The translations under genes were made by a program, and so were the position numbers. A stretch of 64,000 bases of DNA from Macrostomum hystrix (Eukaryota; Animalia; Platyhelminthes), in NCBI GenBank assembly GCA_950097015.1, contig CATNEN010000038.1:4154001-4218000 (forward strand), read 5' to 3'. The notes under the pieces were generated by a model that searched no databases, was not told where the DNA came from, and saw only the letters and a list, made by a program, of their open reading frames with translations. Positions 60,582-64,000 of this stretch are shown in pieces (the stretch's first letter is position 1; every line of letters starts with the position of its first letter).

Positions 60582-63500
60582 ATGCGGCCTGGGATCACAC
60601 TGTCAGCGGCAATGTCCACCTGTGCGTTCCTAGTTAGCTCCAGCTGCAGGTACCTGCAGGTGGCACTGGTGTGCGCTTCCATTCTGAAGGCATCGACTGC
60701 TGTCAGCGACCTTCAAGTTGGCGCTGGCATTGCCGACATAACGGGACCTGTGGCCGAGGCCAATACGGTAGGCTGCCTCATTTCCTCATTCTCCGCCTCA
60801 TTTCCTCACCCTCTCCCTCATTTCCTCATTCTCCGCCTCATTTCCTCACCCTCTCCCTCATTTCCTCATTCTCCGCCTCATTTCCTCATTCTCCGCCTCA
60901 TTTCCTCATTCTCCGCCTCATTTCCTCATTCTCCGCCTCATTTCCTCATTCTCCGCCTCATTTCCTCACCCTCTGCTTTATTTCTTCACCCTCTCCCTCA
61001 TTTCCTCATTCTGCGCCTCATTTCCTCGTTCTCCGCCTCATTTCCTCACCCTCTCCCTCATTTCCTCATTCTGCGCCTCATTTCCTCATTCTCCGCCTCA
61101 TTTCCTCACCCTCTCCCTCATTTCCTCATTCTCCGCATTATTTCCTCATTCTCCGCCTCATTTCCTCACCCTCTCCCTCATTTTCTCATTCTCCGCCTCA
61201 TTTCCTCATTCTCCGCCTCATTTCCTCATTCTCCGCCTCATTTCCTCATTCTTCGCCTCATTTCCTCATTCTCCGCCTCATTTCCTCACCCTCTGCTTTA
61301 TTTCCTCACCCTCTCCCTCATTTCCTCACCCTCTCCCCCCTTTCCTCATTCTCCGCCTCATTTTCTGACCCTCTGCTTCATTTCCTCACCCTCTCCCTCA
61401 TTTCCTCACCCTCTGCCCCATTTGTCCCATTCTCCCTGATTTCGGAAAAGCTCCTTATAAGTTTCCCAAATCACTATTTCTCTGAATGACTGAAAATTTG
61501 TTAAAGCAGTTGGTTGCAATGCACAATTTTGCGGCCCCACTGTCGTTGGGATCCCAGCAATCGATAACATAGATAAGTTCTTTCTCCCCACTGTACGTTG
61601 CATAATGTCCCGGGATAATTAGCTGCTCCATCATGCTTTCAATCGAAAGTATTTCGTGCCTAGCTTTAGCTTGCTCTGCCTGCCCCAGCTGCCTGCCCCT
61701 CAATTCACTCATTGACTCAGTGCTGCAGTCCGCTAATCACGAGGGGTCATAAATCTTATAGCGTTAAACAGTTGCGTGTAGCTGCTGGAAGTTAAATCCT
61801 TGCAGCCTAACCACTATCTAACAAATCACACACACTATCTAACAGGTCCCACATACTATCTAACAGGTCGCACATACTATCTAACAGGTCGCACATACTA
61901 TCTAACAGGTCCCACATACTATCTAACAGGTCCCACATACTATCTAACAGGTCCCACATACTATCTAACAAGTCACACACACTATCTAACAGGTCGCACA
62001 TACTATCTAACAGGTCGCACATACTATCTAACAGGTCCCACATACTATCTAACAGGTCCCACATACTATCTAACAGGTCCCACATACTATCTAACAGGTC
62101 CCACATACTATCTAACAGGTCGCACATACTATCTAACAGGTCGCACATACTATCTAACAGGTCCCACATACTATCTAACAGGTCCCACATACTATCTAAC
62201 AGGTCCCACATACTATCTAACAGGTCCCACATACTATCTAACAGGTCCCACATACTATCTAACAGGTCCCACATACTATCTAACAGGTCCCACATACTAT
62301 CTAACAGGTCCCACATACTATCTAACAGGTCACACATTCTATCTAACGGGTCGCACATACTATCTAACAGGTCACACATACTACCTAACAGGTCACACAC
62401 ACTATCTAACAGGTCACACATTCTATCTAACAGGTCGCACATACTACCTAACAGGTCACACATACTATACAACTATATAGCCAAGTTAATAACTACAGCC
62501 AAGTTAATATCGGACGGCGCAAAAACTGAGTGCCGGAAAAGTGCGCGAGTTCTCTCAAGTACCCGAAGACTACTCTGAGAGTGTGGAAAGATTGGGACCA
62601 TTTTTGTATCGATCTGTGGCTTGGGTACAGCTGCAGTCATTCTGAACTACGAACTTATTACTTAACGGTTTGACTTTGCGCAGCACTGATATAGCAATAG
62701 GCAACTGCAAGAAAGTACTGACGAAACAAAATAAGTGAAAAAAAGCTGTACGTAATAGCGATTGTAGCTGAGGCTGCGCCACTAGCATCTGGCCCAGCTG
62801 TGTTACGTATCATTTTTAGCACAATAGAGAAATCTAGCCGCAACTATTCAAAATGCCCTACTTACAGTAGCTAGTTGCAATCCTATTTGGCAATCTTATT
62901 TAATTACAATGCATGCAGATGGGCTATGCTCACGCACGGCTCTCCGGCTTGCACACGCGGCTATTCAGCCGGGCCTTCACCTTTCGCGATTACAAAGGCA
63001 ACTACGCGGCCTACGCTGTGCTGGACCTAGCCATGGTGTCACATTTGCTGGCCTTTACTGTGAGTAGTGCAATTTGCGCATTCTCTTTCGAAATTACGAA
63101 ATGACGACAAGAAACGAAAAATGTAACATCTAGAAAATTGGATTGATAGGCAGAAATTAGATAGATGCGAAAATTTCTCCTTGCCGCTTCAGGTGGGAAA
63201 GTGCATCTCGAAAGTCACTGACGGCAGGTACGCGGAGTCGAACGTGATGTTGTCTGCCACTCACACTCACGCTGGACCGGGTGGTTACAACCAGGATTTG
63301 TTTCTGGCGCTCAATAAGCCTGGTTTCGATCGAGAATATTTCAACTACATTGTGGACGGTGTCGTGCAGGTCATTTAGGGAATATGTCTAACATGTTCGA
63401 TTCTTTAACAATCTAACATGTTCTATTCTCTAACTGTCTAACATGTTCGATTCTCTAACTGTCTAACATGTTCTATTCTCTAACTGTCTAACATGTTCGA

Positions 63501-63903
63501 TTCTCTAACTGTCTAACATGTTCGATTCTCTAACTGTCTAACATGTTCTATTCTTTAACAATCTAACATGTTCTATTCTCTAACTGTCTAACATGTTCGA
63601 TTCTCTAACTGTCTAACATGTTCTATTCTCTAACTGTCTGACATGTTCGATTTTCTAACTGTCTACCATGTTCTATTCTCTAACTGTCTGACATGTTCGA
63701 TTCTCTAACTGTCTAACATGTTCGAGTTTTTTTATTTTAAAGACAAAGCCAAAACCTAAAACTGACTCAAACTAGAGCATACTGCAAGCGGACCGGTCCC
63801 TAACCCCGGCTCGAGTGCTGTCCAATAGCGGTGAGCTGTACAATGCCAGCGTGAATAGGCACCCGCATCAGTACCTGCTCAACCCTCCAGAGGAGAGGGC
63901 GCG
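60582..63903 (+). CDS. ASAH2: Neutral/alkaline ceramidase (ASAH2-like), first four exons, continues beyond window
   Basis: Exons 60582-60767, 62919-63059, 63193-63369, 63776-63903. VGAGIADITGPVAEANT|MGYA, GLHTRLFSRAF, NVMLSATHTHAGPGG (metal-binding HTH), GELYNASVNRHPHQYLLNPPEERAR. Confidence 0.9.
60776..61420. repeat. 20-bp intronic minisatellite
   Basis: Unit CTCATTTCCTCATTCTCCGC. Confidence 0.93.
61812..62470. repeat. 21-bp intronic minisatellite
   Basis: Unit ACTATCTAACAGGTCSCACAT. Confidence 0.95.
63387..63723. repeat. 25-bp intronic minisatellite
   Basis: Unit TCTAACATGTTCKATTCTCTAACTG. Confidence 0.93.
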
Positions 63904-64000
63904 GTAAGAACTTTAAAAATATTTTTTGGTTTTACAGTATGAGTAAAAAATTGCTAATATTTCTACTCTAAGTAGTGTAGTTCAGAAAATCTCGCAGTTA

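Noticed and set aside
58867-62480. Long Pro/Ser/His- and Tyr/Thr-rich ORFs
   Set aside because: Satellite translations; only 60582-60767 is a real exon
63785-63815. Twister-ribozyme-like CCGGTCCCTAACCCCGG
   Set aside because: Lies in ceramidase coding exon 4 and lacks the remaining conserved pairing

Overview
Eukaryotic (invertebrate animal) genomic DNA with spliceosomal GT-AG introns. GC-rich exons sit in AT-rich, minisatellite-filled introns, a style reminiscent of the flatworm Macrostomum (inference only). Plus-strand genes in order: GDA1/CD39 NTPDase (2 exons), intronless FkbM-family methyltransferase, SPC25-like kinetochore protein, orphan class-A (SREB-like) GPCR, a 15-exon ~1,960-aa ZNFX1-like UPF1-family RNA helicase fused to NF-X1-type Cys/His fingers and TWO tandem PARP/ART domains, BRE1 (RNF20/40) E3 ligase (9 exons), and the 5' part of a neutral ceramidase. 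A minus-strand PAN + ALK/LTK-type glycine-rich gene carries two in-frame stops (probable pseudogene). Mobile DNA with resolved ends: two copies of a TA-flanked MITE, two hAT MITEs, a solo LTR, a tRNA-derived SINE, a 5'-truncated RTE-like LINE, and a Helitron containing two nested hAT elements. About 30 distinct tandem arrays occur, mostly one or two per intron. The standout candidate for an undescribed system is the helicase-zinc finger-double PARP fusion, a putative RNA-sensing ADP-ribosylation immune effector. Exon models were built by hand from splice sites and frame continuity; tandem-array boundaries are approximate.
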